Source: Pristiophorus japonicus (taxonomy: Eukaryota). Taken from it: a DNA stretch of 64,000 bases. Where the stretch lies: the NCBI RefSeq assembly GCF_044704955.1, contig NC_091999.1, positions 37,262,001-37,326,000 on the forward strand, read 5' to 3'. The notes under the pieces were generated by a model, which saw nothing but the letters and a program-made list of their open reading frames with translations, ran no database searches and was not told the DNA's origin. Shown piece by piece: positions 39,497 to 50,106 of this stretch; the first letter of the stretch is position 1, and each line of letters opens with the position of its first letter. Both the position numbers and the translations under genes were made by a program.

Positions 39497-41116
39497 GTTG
39501 CGACGAGTTACAGCATCACATAATGCACAGAATGGCGACCAATGGCTCAGATGAAAAATACAATGCTGGAGATAATTGGGACGACTTTATAGAAAGCCTC
39601 CAGTAAAGCGTTGTAACCAAAGACTGCTTAGGCGACGATAAGGCAGACAAGAGAAGAGCCCATCTCTTGACCAGCTGTGGCACGAAAACATACGCATTAA
39701 TGAAGGAGTTGCTGGCACCCGAGAAACCAGCAAGCAAGTCGTTTGAGGAGTTGAGCACACTGGTGAGAGACCATCTGAAGCCAGCGAGCAGCCTACACGT
39801 GGCCAGACACATATTGTACAACTACAGACGCTGTGTGGGCCAGAGCATACCCGACATTGTGGCAGAACTTCGGAGGCTGACTAGATTATGTGAGTTCTCC
39901 AATGAACTAAGGAGACAAGTACTGAGAGACTTTTTTATTGAAGGAATAGGCCACGCAGGCATATTTTGAAAGCTCATGGAGACCAAGAACTTGATCCTAG
40001 AGGTACCAGCACTAGTTGCACAGACATTCTTCGCAGGAGAAGAAGAAACGAGGTTGATCTACACTGCAGGTACGACAACTAACGAAACATCGAACAAAGG
40101 ATTCACAGCGTGAAACAAGCCGCTACCCCACACACAGACAAAGGCAGGAGAGCAGGCCCTCAACAGCAGGCAGTGGCGCCAGAAGCCACCAAGGGCCACA
40201 AGAACGGCCGTTCACACCTCATCAAGCAACAATGCGATCAATCAACTATAAACTGAGAGAAGCTCAAGAGTGATCAGTTAGACGCAGCTCTTCCTTCGGA
40301 AACAATGGAAGCGGTTTGTGCTGGGGATGTAGGGGAAGGCACTCATCAATTTCAGCATGCCGTTTGCAGAAACTGCAACTATACTGGGCATCTGGTGCGC
40401 ATGCGCAGAAAAACAGCAGCTCGGCTTGTATGCGCATCAGAAGGGTCGGAATGCAGACCAGAAGACAGTGGGGACAGTGCCCGCGACACCGAGGTACAAT
40501 GGGTCAACACGATCACAAGATGCCTCCAATAATGATGAGGTTCCTACTCAACGGGATACCCGTAAACATGGAACTGGATATGGGAGCGAGTCAATCTCCC
40601 ATTACCGCTCATCAATTTGAACAGCTGGGGCCGCACTATAGCAACAGATCAAAACTCACAAGGATCGACACCAAACTAAGGACCTATCGGAAAGAAATCA
40701 TCCCAGTCCTTGGCAGCGCCATGCTCTCACTCACACACAAAGGGAGAACGAACCGACTTCCCCTGTGGATTGTCTCCGAAGATCTCCCAGGACTGTTGGG
40801 GAGAAGCTGGCTGGCAAAACTTAATTGGAAATCGGATGATGTTCGCGCCATGTCATTAAACAAGGCATGCTTATAATCCAAGGTCCCACGCTACAGGGCC
40901 GCCTGTCGTCAAATACCAACAATTATACTGAACGAAACAGACAGCCTAGGTGAGATACCAACAAACACACCGAAAGAAATCGTCCCAGTCCTTGGCAGAG
41001 CCATGCTCTCAGTCACACACAAAGGGACAGTGAACCGACTTCTCCTGTGGATTGTCCCTGAAGATCTCCCATTACTGCTGGCAAAACTAACTTGAAAATG
41101 CGATGATGTTCATGCC

Positions 41117-42109
41117 ATGTCGTCAGAGGAACGGACCTCCTGCTCAACAGTTCTAAGTCGATTTGAACAGCTCTTTCAGCAAGGTGTGGGTAACTTCAAA
41201 GGGGCTAAAGTTAAAATGGACATCACACAGGATGCTAAACCGGTCCATCAAAAGGCTAGAGCTGTGCCCTATGTGATGAGGGAAAAGAATGAACATGAAT
41301 TGGACAGGCTTCTGCGGGAAGGCATTGTCTCAGCCTTGGAATTTAGCGACTGGGCAAATCCCATCGTCCCAGTCATGAAGCCTGATGGATCCGTACGAAT
41401 CAGTGGGGATTACAAATCTAGCAAAAACAGAGTCTCCCTACAGGACCAATACCTGCTGCCCAGAGCGGAGGATACATTTGCCACATTGGCTGGAGGAAAA
41501 CTTTTCTCGAAACTAGACCTCACATCTGTGTACATGACGCAAGAACTGACCGAAGAGTCTAAGCGACTCACCACCATCAAAACATATCGAGGCCTTTTCA
41601 TGTACAATCGATGCCCATTCGGCATCAGGTCGGCAGCTGCTATATTCCAGCGCAACATGGAGAGTCTGCTCAAGTCCATCCCAGGGACGGTTGTGTTTCA
41701 AGATGATATACTTATCACGGGCAGGGGCACCGTCTCCCATCGCTGCAATTTGGAGGAATTACTAAAGCGATTGGATTGGATAGGCCTAAGAGTTAATAAA
41801 TCGAAGGTTCTGTTTCTCACGCACGAGGTTGAATTTTTGGGCAGACGGATTGCCGCTGATGGAATCCGCCCAACAGAATCCAAAACCGAAGCAATTTGTC
41901 TGGCACCCATGCCCCGGAATGTCTCAGAACTGCGCGCCTTTCTCGGGCTACTCAATTACTTTGGGAACTTTATGCAGAAATTAAGCACGTTGCTGGAGCC
42001 TCTCCACGTGCTACTCAGAAAGGGGTGCGAATGGTTTTGGGGGGACGCCCAGGAACGCGCCTTCAATAAGGCATGCAACCTTCTATGTTCCAACAGTGTT
42101 TTTTTTTGA
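41117..42109 (+). pseudogene. Gypsy pol reverse transcriptase fragment (longest open frame; second copy at ~43526-44860)
   Basis: WANPIVPVMKPDGSVRI, FSKLDL, RCPFGIRSAAAIFQR, FQDDILI, ELRAFLGLLNYF. Confidence 0.9.
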
Positions 42110-45100
42110 TCCAGATAAAAAACTAGTTCTTACATGTGATGCGTCAGCATATGGGATCGGCTGTGTTTTACAGCATGTCAATGTTGTGGGTAAATTACAA
42201 CCCATAGCTTATGCCTCCAGATCACTTTCGCGGGCGTAGCGCGGGTACGGTATGGTGGTGAAGGAGGCGCTCGCGTGCATGTACGGTGTCAAAAAGATGC
42301 ACCTATACCTTTTCGGAGCCAAGTTCGCGTTAGAAAGCGACCACAAGCCGCTCACGTCCCTACTATCTGAGAGCAAGGCAATAAACGCCAAAGCCTCGGC
42401 GCGCATTCAATGGTGGGCACTCATGCTGGCGTCTTACGACTACATAATTCGGCACATACCAGGCACAGACAACTGTGCCGACGCGATTAGCAGGCTACCC
42501 CTGGTGACCACGGAAGGGTCTGACGAACAGGACTGTGAGATAGTCATGGCAATCAATGCCTCTGAGTCCACAGGTTCGCCCATGACGGCTCGCCAAATTA
42601 GAGCCTGGTCGACCAGCGACCCCACGTTATCCTTAGTCAAACGATGTGTCTTAACTGGTGACTGGGCAGAGGCTCGCGATGTCTGCCCTGAGGAGATCAA
42701 AGCTTTCCATAGGCACATGCAAGAACTATCACTACAGGCTGACTGCCTGATGTGGGGCAGCTGAGTAGTTATGCCTCTGCGAGGCAGAGAGGCATTTGTC
42801 CGGGAGTACCACCACGAGCATCCGGGGATCATTCTCATGAAGGCCACTGCCAGATCCCACGTTTGGTGGCCTGGCATTGATGCGGACTTGGATCTCTGCG
42901 TCCGACGGTGCACTATTTGTGCCCAATTCAGTAATGCCCCCAGAGAGGCCCCCTGAACCCCTGGTCCTGGCCAACCAAACCGTAGTCCCGTAGTCATGGG
43001 CAAAATGTTCCTCGTAGTTGTCGATGCATTTTCAAAGTGTATCAAATGCACCATTTTAAACTCGAGCACCACCTCCACCACTGTGGAGAGCCTTGGGACC
43101 ATGTTTGCAACGCACGGAATTACTGACATATTGGTCAGTGATAATGGTCCGTGCTTCACCAGCGCAGAATTTCAAGATTTTATAGTTGATCACGGCATAA
43201 ATCATGTTAACTGAACCTTTCAAGCCGGCCTCCAATGGCCAGGTGGAGCGAGCAGTGCAAATCATTAAACAAGGCATGCTTAAAATCCAAGGTCCCACGC
43301 TACAGGTCCGCCTGTCGTCAAATACCAACAATCATACTGAACGAAACAGACAGCCCAGGTGAGATACCAACAAACACACCGAAATAAATTGTCCCAGTCC
43401 TTGGAAGCGCCATGCTCTCAGTCACATACAAAGGGACAGTGAACCAACTTCCCCTGTGGATTGTCCCTGGAGATCTCCCAGCACTGCTGGCAAAACTAAA
43501 TTGGAAATGGGATGATGTTCATGCCATGTCGTCAGAGGAACGGACCTCCTGCTCAACAGTTCTAAGTCGATTTGAACATCTCTTTCAGCAAGGTGTGGGT
43601 ACCTTCAAAGGGGCTAAAGTTAAAATGTACATCACACAGGATGCTAGACCGGTCCATCAAAAGGCTAGAGATGTGCCCTATGTGTTGCGGGAAAAGAATT
43701 AACATGAACTGGACAGGCTTCTGCGGGAAGGCATTGTCTCAGCCGTGAAATTTAGCGAATGGGCAAATCCCATCAACCCAGTCATGAAACCAGATGGATC
43801 CGTTCGAATCTATGGTGATTACAAATCTACCATAAACAGAGTCTCCCTACAGGACCAATACCTGCTGCCCAGAGCGGAGGATGTATTTGCCACATTGGCT
43901 GGAGGAAAACTTTTCTCGAAACTAGACCTCACATCTGCATACATGACGCAAGAACTGACCGAAGTGTCGAAGTGACTCACCACCATCAACACATATCGAG
44001 GCGTTTTGATGCACAATCGATGCCCATTCGGCATCAGGTCGGCAGCTGCTATATTCCAGCGCAACATGGAGAGTCTGCTCAAGTCCATCCCGGGGAAAGT
44101 TGTGTTTCAAGACAACAAACTTATCACGGGCATGGACACCGACTCCCATCTCTGCAATTTGGAGGAAGTACAAAAGCGGTTGATTCAGGTAGGCCTAAGA
44201 GTTAAGAAATCGAAGGGTCTGTTTGTCGCACCCGAGGTTGAATTTTTGGGCAGACAGATTGCCGCTGATGGAATCCGCCCAACAGAATGCAAAACTGAAG
44301 CAATTCGTCTGGCACCCACGCCCCCGAATGTTTCAGAACTGCACGCCTTTCTCGGGCTACTCAAATACTTTGGGAATTTTAATGCAGAAATTAGGCATGC
44401 TGCTGGAGCCTCTCCACGTGCTACTCAGAAAGAGGTGTGATTGGTTTTGGGGGACGCCCAGGAATGCGCCTTCATTAAGGCACGCAACCTTCTATGTTCC
44501 AACAGTGTTTTGGCTTTTTTTGAACCAGGTAAAAAGCTAGTTCTTACATTTGATGCATCAGCTTACGGGGTCGGGTGCATTTTACAGCACGTCAATGGTG
44601 AGGGTAAATTACAACCCATAGCTTATGCCTCCGGATCATTTTCGCGGGCTGAGCGCTGGTACGCTATTGTGGAGAAGGAGGTGCTCGCTTGCGTTAACCC
44701 TGTCATAAAGATGCACCAATACCTTTTTGGGGCCAGGTTCGTGTTAGAAACCGACCACAAGCCCCTCACGTCCCTACTATCTGAGATCAAGGCAATAAAC
44801 ACCAACGCCTCGGCGCGCATTCAGCGGTGGGCACTCATGCTGGCGTCTTACAATGCACAATAAGGCACAGACCAGGCACAGACAACTGAGCCAACGCGCT
44901 TAGCAGGCTACCCCTGACGAGCACGGAATTGTCTGAAGAACAGAACTGATACGAGAGACTGCTGCTGGCATACAGATCTCGTCCGCATTCATTCACTGGG
45001 GTTCCCCCGGCGCAACTATTAATGAAACAGACCTTAAAGACAAGGCACTCGTTAATCCTCCCAGACATGCATTAAATCGATGAGGCAAAGCGCCGTAGGC

Positions 45101-45591
45101 TAACTGAGTACGATAACCGAAATTCGAGGGGGAGGTGGAATGAGATAGGGGACAAAGTATTTGTTCTAAACTATGGCAGGGGTCCCAAATGGATTGCAGG
45201 GACAGTAACAGGCACGGAAGGAAACACGCTACTGGTGGTACAAATGGAAAATGGCCAAACCTGCCGCAGACATGTAGTCCAAGTAAAAAGTAGATTCATC
45301 AACAACACTGCAGAACCAGAGGTAGACTACAATGTGGAACTCACACCACTCCTGCTTGACAGACAGAGGGAACAACCTGAATAAAGGGCTATCTCAATAG
45401 ACAGCCCAGGCGAGATACCAACTATCAGACTGATCGAAACAGAGAGCCCAGGCGAGATACCAACAATCACACCAAAAGAAAAACAAGCACCAAGGGAAAC
45501 AACTGAACCACAACTAAGATGCTCCACGCGAGAGCATAGACCACCTGAGAGATTGAATCTATAAAGACAATAATACCTTGGGGGAGGGTGA

Positions 45592-45859
45592 TATCATGTA
45601 TCTCACATTACTGTACATAACTGTATCTTACCACGCTATAGATGTCTGTAACTAGATATGACCTTTAACCACAAGCATAACTTACCACCAGGGGTGCACT
45701 TTCAGGAGACACTGCATACCTGTTCCACACAGATGTATAAAGAGAGGTCTCAGGCAAGTGCGGAATTCGAGAGCTGTGAAATAATGGTGAAGGTCCTGAG
45801 TGACCTTGACTTCAGCATATGCCTCGTGTGAGTCTGTCCTCCAGGGACAGGACTTTACA
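45592..45859 (+). repeat. 3' LTR
   Basis: Preceded by a PPT; about 21 substitutions and 1 indel versus the 5' LTR by manual count. Confidence 0.93.
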
Positions 45860-47445
45860 GTCTCCATGCTCTTAAATTTTCTGCTGACGTTAATTGTGAC
45901 CAGTGCGCAGCAGAATTTTGGAATGTGACTCATGTTTAATGCATTAATATTAATGTTATACTATGTTTAGTGATACTGGGCAATATTACTGCATTATAAT
46001 AGTTTGAGTGATATTAATTCAACTCTCCTTAAACCTGCACATTTTTAGTTGAATAATTCATAATTACAGTAAAATTTCATGTATGTGTGCACCTTAAAGA
46101 GTTGATTAACTGTTGAATCTGTAATTATCACTGAAATACACAGATGGAGTAAATTATTTGATTTATAAAACCTACTTGTTGTCTGCCTACAATAATCTTT
46201 CAAACAGTTTATAACGGATCCTAAAAACCTGTAGCAGTTCGATGTCACTGAGATTAAACATTGCACAGAGCCAAACAGTTTCACAAAGTTTAGTTATTCC
46301 AATCCACACAGCCCAACACTCTGCGAAGCAGATAAATAGCAAATCACAGCATTTAGAGACTGAATCCCGCAACTGGACGTTTCGTGAAGAAGCAGCTTAA
46401 TTCTGTAAACCCTTTCAGGATAATCAAATGTAATTTTGGCAAAAAGAACCTCACTACAGAATCCACTGAACCCGTCTATCACTGAACGAAATAATTATTG
46501 AATTAAGCAGAGGTATAAAATAATGACAGCAGATTTGTGAGTAGACAGATCATGCTTAACAAATTGAAATTGATATAGGATATTGTTGTACTATTGCGTG
46601 CTAGTACTGCATTATAATAATTTAATTTATATTAATTTAAAGATGTTTCAATGTACAAAATTGTTAATTAAGTGGTTATTACATACAGTAAATTCCACGT
46701 TTTAAATATGACCGATAGTGAACATTAGATTATTCGATGACAATGGTAAATATCTGAAATAAAAGATGGTTAAAATATCTGAAGATTATTTTTGACTGCT
46801 AAAGCTATCTGTGTTTTGCCTAAGATCTTATTTCAAACATATTGAAGCATAATATTTACATTTGGTCTGAAAAACAGAACTCATTAGATGTCACTGACAG
46901 TAAACATTGCAGAAGCACCAAACCATTTAACAACCATTGGGCATTAAAAGTAACCCAGGTGCACACTCTGATCAACAGAAAAACACCAAATGGATGTGTG
47001 CCCCCCCCCCCCCCCCACCGACCTCCTATTTCACGAACCTGGTATTGCAGTACTTCCAGGAATGGTGCAGTGGCTCTAGGCCTTTTGGCTAAGAGCATTG
47101 GCGCAGAGTGATCCTTGAATGGGCCCAAGGTGACCTCTGGTGTTTGTAATCTGAATAGATGATCTGACAAAGAATTGGAAAGATTGGCAATGAATAAATA
47201 AAAAAAAAATAAACACCAAATCACATCAATCAGGGGCTCAATCGCTCACCATCATTTTCTGTGGAGAAGCAGTTTAGTTCCATAAATGTTTTGCAGCAGT
47301 ATCACATAAAACATTGCAGAAAATCTCAAAACAGAACCCAGCGAACCCAAGTTTCAGTGAATGAATGAATTATTGAAATAAACAGAAATATAAAATAAAG
47401 ACTCAAATCCAACAGTTACCGAATCAGTGTATGTTTTTTGTTAAC

Positions 47446-47808
47446 CTGTAGTCACTGTCACCATGGTCCCCTGTCGCCACTCGGCGAGAGAGTACCAGCC
47501 AACGTCTCTTCCACAGTAATAGATGGCGGTGTCTTCGGACCTCAGATTCTTCATAGTCAACGTGAAGATACTGTTTGAAGGGTCTTTCGATGCACTAAAT
47601 CGGCTCTCAATCTCTGGGGCATAATATGAGCTCGACGGACTGTTGAAGTAAACCAGCCACTCCAGCCCCTGTCCTGGAATATGGCGGACCCAGCTCATCC
47701 AGTCGCTGCCAAGACTGAGCCCGCTGGATTTAAAGTTCAAAGTCATGGAGCCTCCGGGAATCCTAGTCTCTGCCTCGGGCTGAGTCAACACAACATCCGT
47801 GTGGATAC
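47446..47808 (-). CDS. IGHV: Joined (pre-rearranged) IgH VH-D-JH exon, in frame, with degenerate framework
   Basis: [19 protein letters not shown][F][47 protein letters not shown][R]QGTMVTVTT|gt. No RSS between V and J; Cys22->Phe and WGQG->WRQG; acceptor TTTTCACAG, donor GTTAAC. Confidence 0.95.
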
Positions 47809-47935
47809 CTGTGAAAATAATCAAAACACCCGGAGGATTAATCCTGGAGAAATGATTCCTGACTCAATAATATTCCAGAGGAATGCTGAGAGTGAGACAT
47901 TAACATTGAGAGACTGGACAATAAAAACTACTCAC

Positions 47936-47981
47936 GGGTTAAAAAAGCCAGCAAAAGAGTAAGAGAAATCGCCAACCTCAT
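47936..47981 (-). CDS. IGHV: IgH VH leader exon
   Basis: MRLAISLTLLLAFLT-C|GTGAGT; 127-nt phase-1 intron to the VDJ exon. Confidence 0.94.
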
Positions 47982-48069
47982 CCTCCTGATAAAGTGTGGT
48001 AAATGGTTCAGGCAAGAACTCACTGAGGAAACCCGCTCCCGGACTGTTGTATTGCAGTCACAGTGACTG

Positions 48070-48160
48070 GCAGTTAAATAACCGGGAGATGGGGGCGAAG
48101 CTACAGGTGCCACCCATTGATTCACTGATAGAGGCGGCTTCTGGATCCACGTCACTCCTT
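48070..48160 (-). promoter_or_regulatory. VH promoter: TATA-like TTATTTAA (48074-48081) and CRE/TCR-V-like decamer AGTGACGTGG (48147-48156); no octamer seen
   Basis: Motifs lie ~95 and ~170 bp upstream of the ATG; shark VH promoters are known to use a TCR-like decamer rather than the octamer. Confidence 0.65.
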
Positions 48161-49749
48161 CCACATCACCAACAGAATGGACACTGGGCTTATATTAATG
48201 GTGAACTGTGTATTAGTATCCAGGGAGAGTCATTTCGCGGTATGCTTTCAATGCAATATGTTATTTGTAATAAGTGGTAACATTACATTTGAGAATTTGT
48301 TAAGCATTACTTTGTGGATTGAAATCATTGTATTTCCTCACTCCCTTATAGGGGACAGCAATAACGAAGTTTTATTTACATTATCAGGGTCTAAAGGCAC
48401 TGCCAGCATGTGTTGCTCCATCTCCTGGTACCTGTCGCCTCATTCTCTACCAATAAACTATCCCCTATAATATGAATTCCTTGGTCTTTATAACTGAATG
48501 CAGGAGATGGGTAAAGTGGATCCCCATAGCTCTACGATTTGGGCCAAGAGATGAATAAAAACCACCCACATGCCAGAAGTGTCTCTCATTGCTTTTCTCT
48601 AATCGCCCCTGAGTCTGGGACGCTAAGACAGTCCTTTATAAAATTAGTTGATAATAAGTCCGCTTGCCTGATAGTTAAGCAGCGAGTTGTGGAGACACAT
48701 AATAAGGTGGGGCCCGCACGCTTCAGTTCAGCTTTTTAGGAGAGAAGCTGGTAAATCAGATCTGATAATGTGATCAGAAAACTCCGGCATCCAAATCCTT
48801 ACAACTAACTTTAATTGCACCCGAATTTGTAACACACAAGGGTATCAGGAACACAGTATGCCAGAACATAGCAGTAGGTTACAGAATATCACAGGAATAA
48901 ATGCTTTATCTCACGCTGAAACATTTCTCTACCCATTGGTAGCCGGGCTGAGAGGGGTGTTCAGGGATCCAAATAAGCCAATATTACATTGCACAGTGCG
49001 CAGCTGCTGATCAGTAATAAGGGAGACTTTAGTTTAATCAGGAGCAGAATTATGTGAGAATATTCAACGGAGTGCAGCGGATTCGAGGTAATGCCACCTC
49101 TGTTTTATTTACTTTGCGATTCCGACTCATCTCCTTACAGTGTGGGGTGGGGTCATTAAACCTCACTCCAGAAATTTGTGCTGTACTGAATAAAGGGAAT
49201 GGATAATCTAGAAATGTCTTTATTTGGAAATAGTTTGAATCAAACACCATATATATCAATTGGCTATTTTCTGATTAAGTTTTATAACGTTATGTACATG
49301 GGCTTTACCGAAATTCATTCATTAGAAGCTTTACCACGTAAAATACATATTTCTTGTCGGACAACTACTTATATTTTAATGTTCAAATAGTTAAATCCCA
49401 TCTTCTCCCATTCTTGTTCACACTAATCTGACCCGCACAGTATTTGGTGGCAAACTAGCCGACTGCCGTCAGCGAGGCTCCAACACTCAATATAATTTAC
49501 AAGAAGCACCTGGTGTTCTCTACAGTACTTCAACGATCTGTTTCCTCACTACTGACCGCTTGGCTGAAAGCCAACTGCAAAACTTTTACATTGTGAATGA
49601 GGCCTATTAAATACAAATCTACCCAGCAACAGTACTTGAGTTAAGTTTAATTTTGTAGTTGTGTAAATGTGTGTAACTGTTCCCATCTCGCAGGAAAGGA
49701 AATATATCCAACGTCGGAGACAGCATGTCAGTAGCAGCAATCAGTTAGT

Positions 49750-50106
49750 NNNNNNNNNNNNNNNNNNNNNNNNNNNNNNNNNNNNNNNNNNNNNNNNNNN
49801 NNNNNNNNNNNNNNNNNNNNNNNNNNNNNNNNNNNNNNNNNNNNNNNNNNNNNNNNNNNNNNNNNNNNNNNNNNNNNNNNNNNNNNNNNNNNNNNNNNNN
49901 NNNNNNNNNNNNNNNNNNNNNNNNNNNNNNNNNNNNNNNNNNNNNNNNNNNNNNNNNNNNNNNNNNNNNNNNNNNNNNNNNNNNNNNNNNNNNNNNNNNN
50001 NNNNNNNNNNNNNNNNNNNNNNNNNNNNNNNNNNNNNNNNNNNNNNNNNNNNNNNNNNNNNNNNNNNNNNNNNNNNNNNNNNNNNNNNNNNNNNNNNNNN
50101 NNNNNN
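49750..50106. other. Assembly gap (N run)
   Basis: 357 Ns. Confidence 1.

Larger units (their letters stand above)
39228..45859 (+). mobile_element. Ty3/Gypsy LTR retrotransposon (degenerate, internally rearranged) in the IgM J-C intron
   Basis: LTRs at 39228-39496 and 45592-45859; PBS-like GTTGCGACGAG; PPT TTGGGGGAGGGTGA. Gag with CRNC..GH knuckle, protease LD(M)GAS, RT FQDDILI, RNase H and integrase H..HPG..C..C in PR-RT-RH-IN order. Confidence 0.95.
20871..47981 (-). pseudogene. IGHM: Complete shark-type IgM heavy-chain cluster with joined VDJ (L-VDJ-Cmu1-Cmu2-Cmu3-Cmu4/Sec-TM1-TM2), pseudogene
   Basis: All exons are in order with phase-compatible acceptors. In-frame stops in Cmu1 (30335-30337), Cmu2 (28295-28297) and Cmu4 (25631-25633); altered donors after Cmu1, Cmu3 and TM1; VH Cys22->Phe. 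Confidence 0.95.

Noticed and set aside
47512-47518. Cryptic heptamer (TACTGTG in the YYC codons) as a VH-replacement site
   Set aside because: Present in nearly all VH genes; no supporting nonamer, so not informative here.
47446-47981. VDJ frame open while C exons have stops, suggesting selection on V alone
   Set aside because: The exon is short, so absence of stops is unremarkable, and the Cys22->Phe and WGQG->WRQG changes argue for decay.
48059-48065. CACAGTG heptamers here and at 48992-48998 and 20258-20264 as possible RSSs
   Set aside because: No nonamer-like sequence at 12 or 23 bp spacing and no adjacent coding segment.
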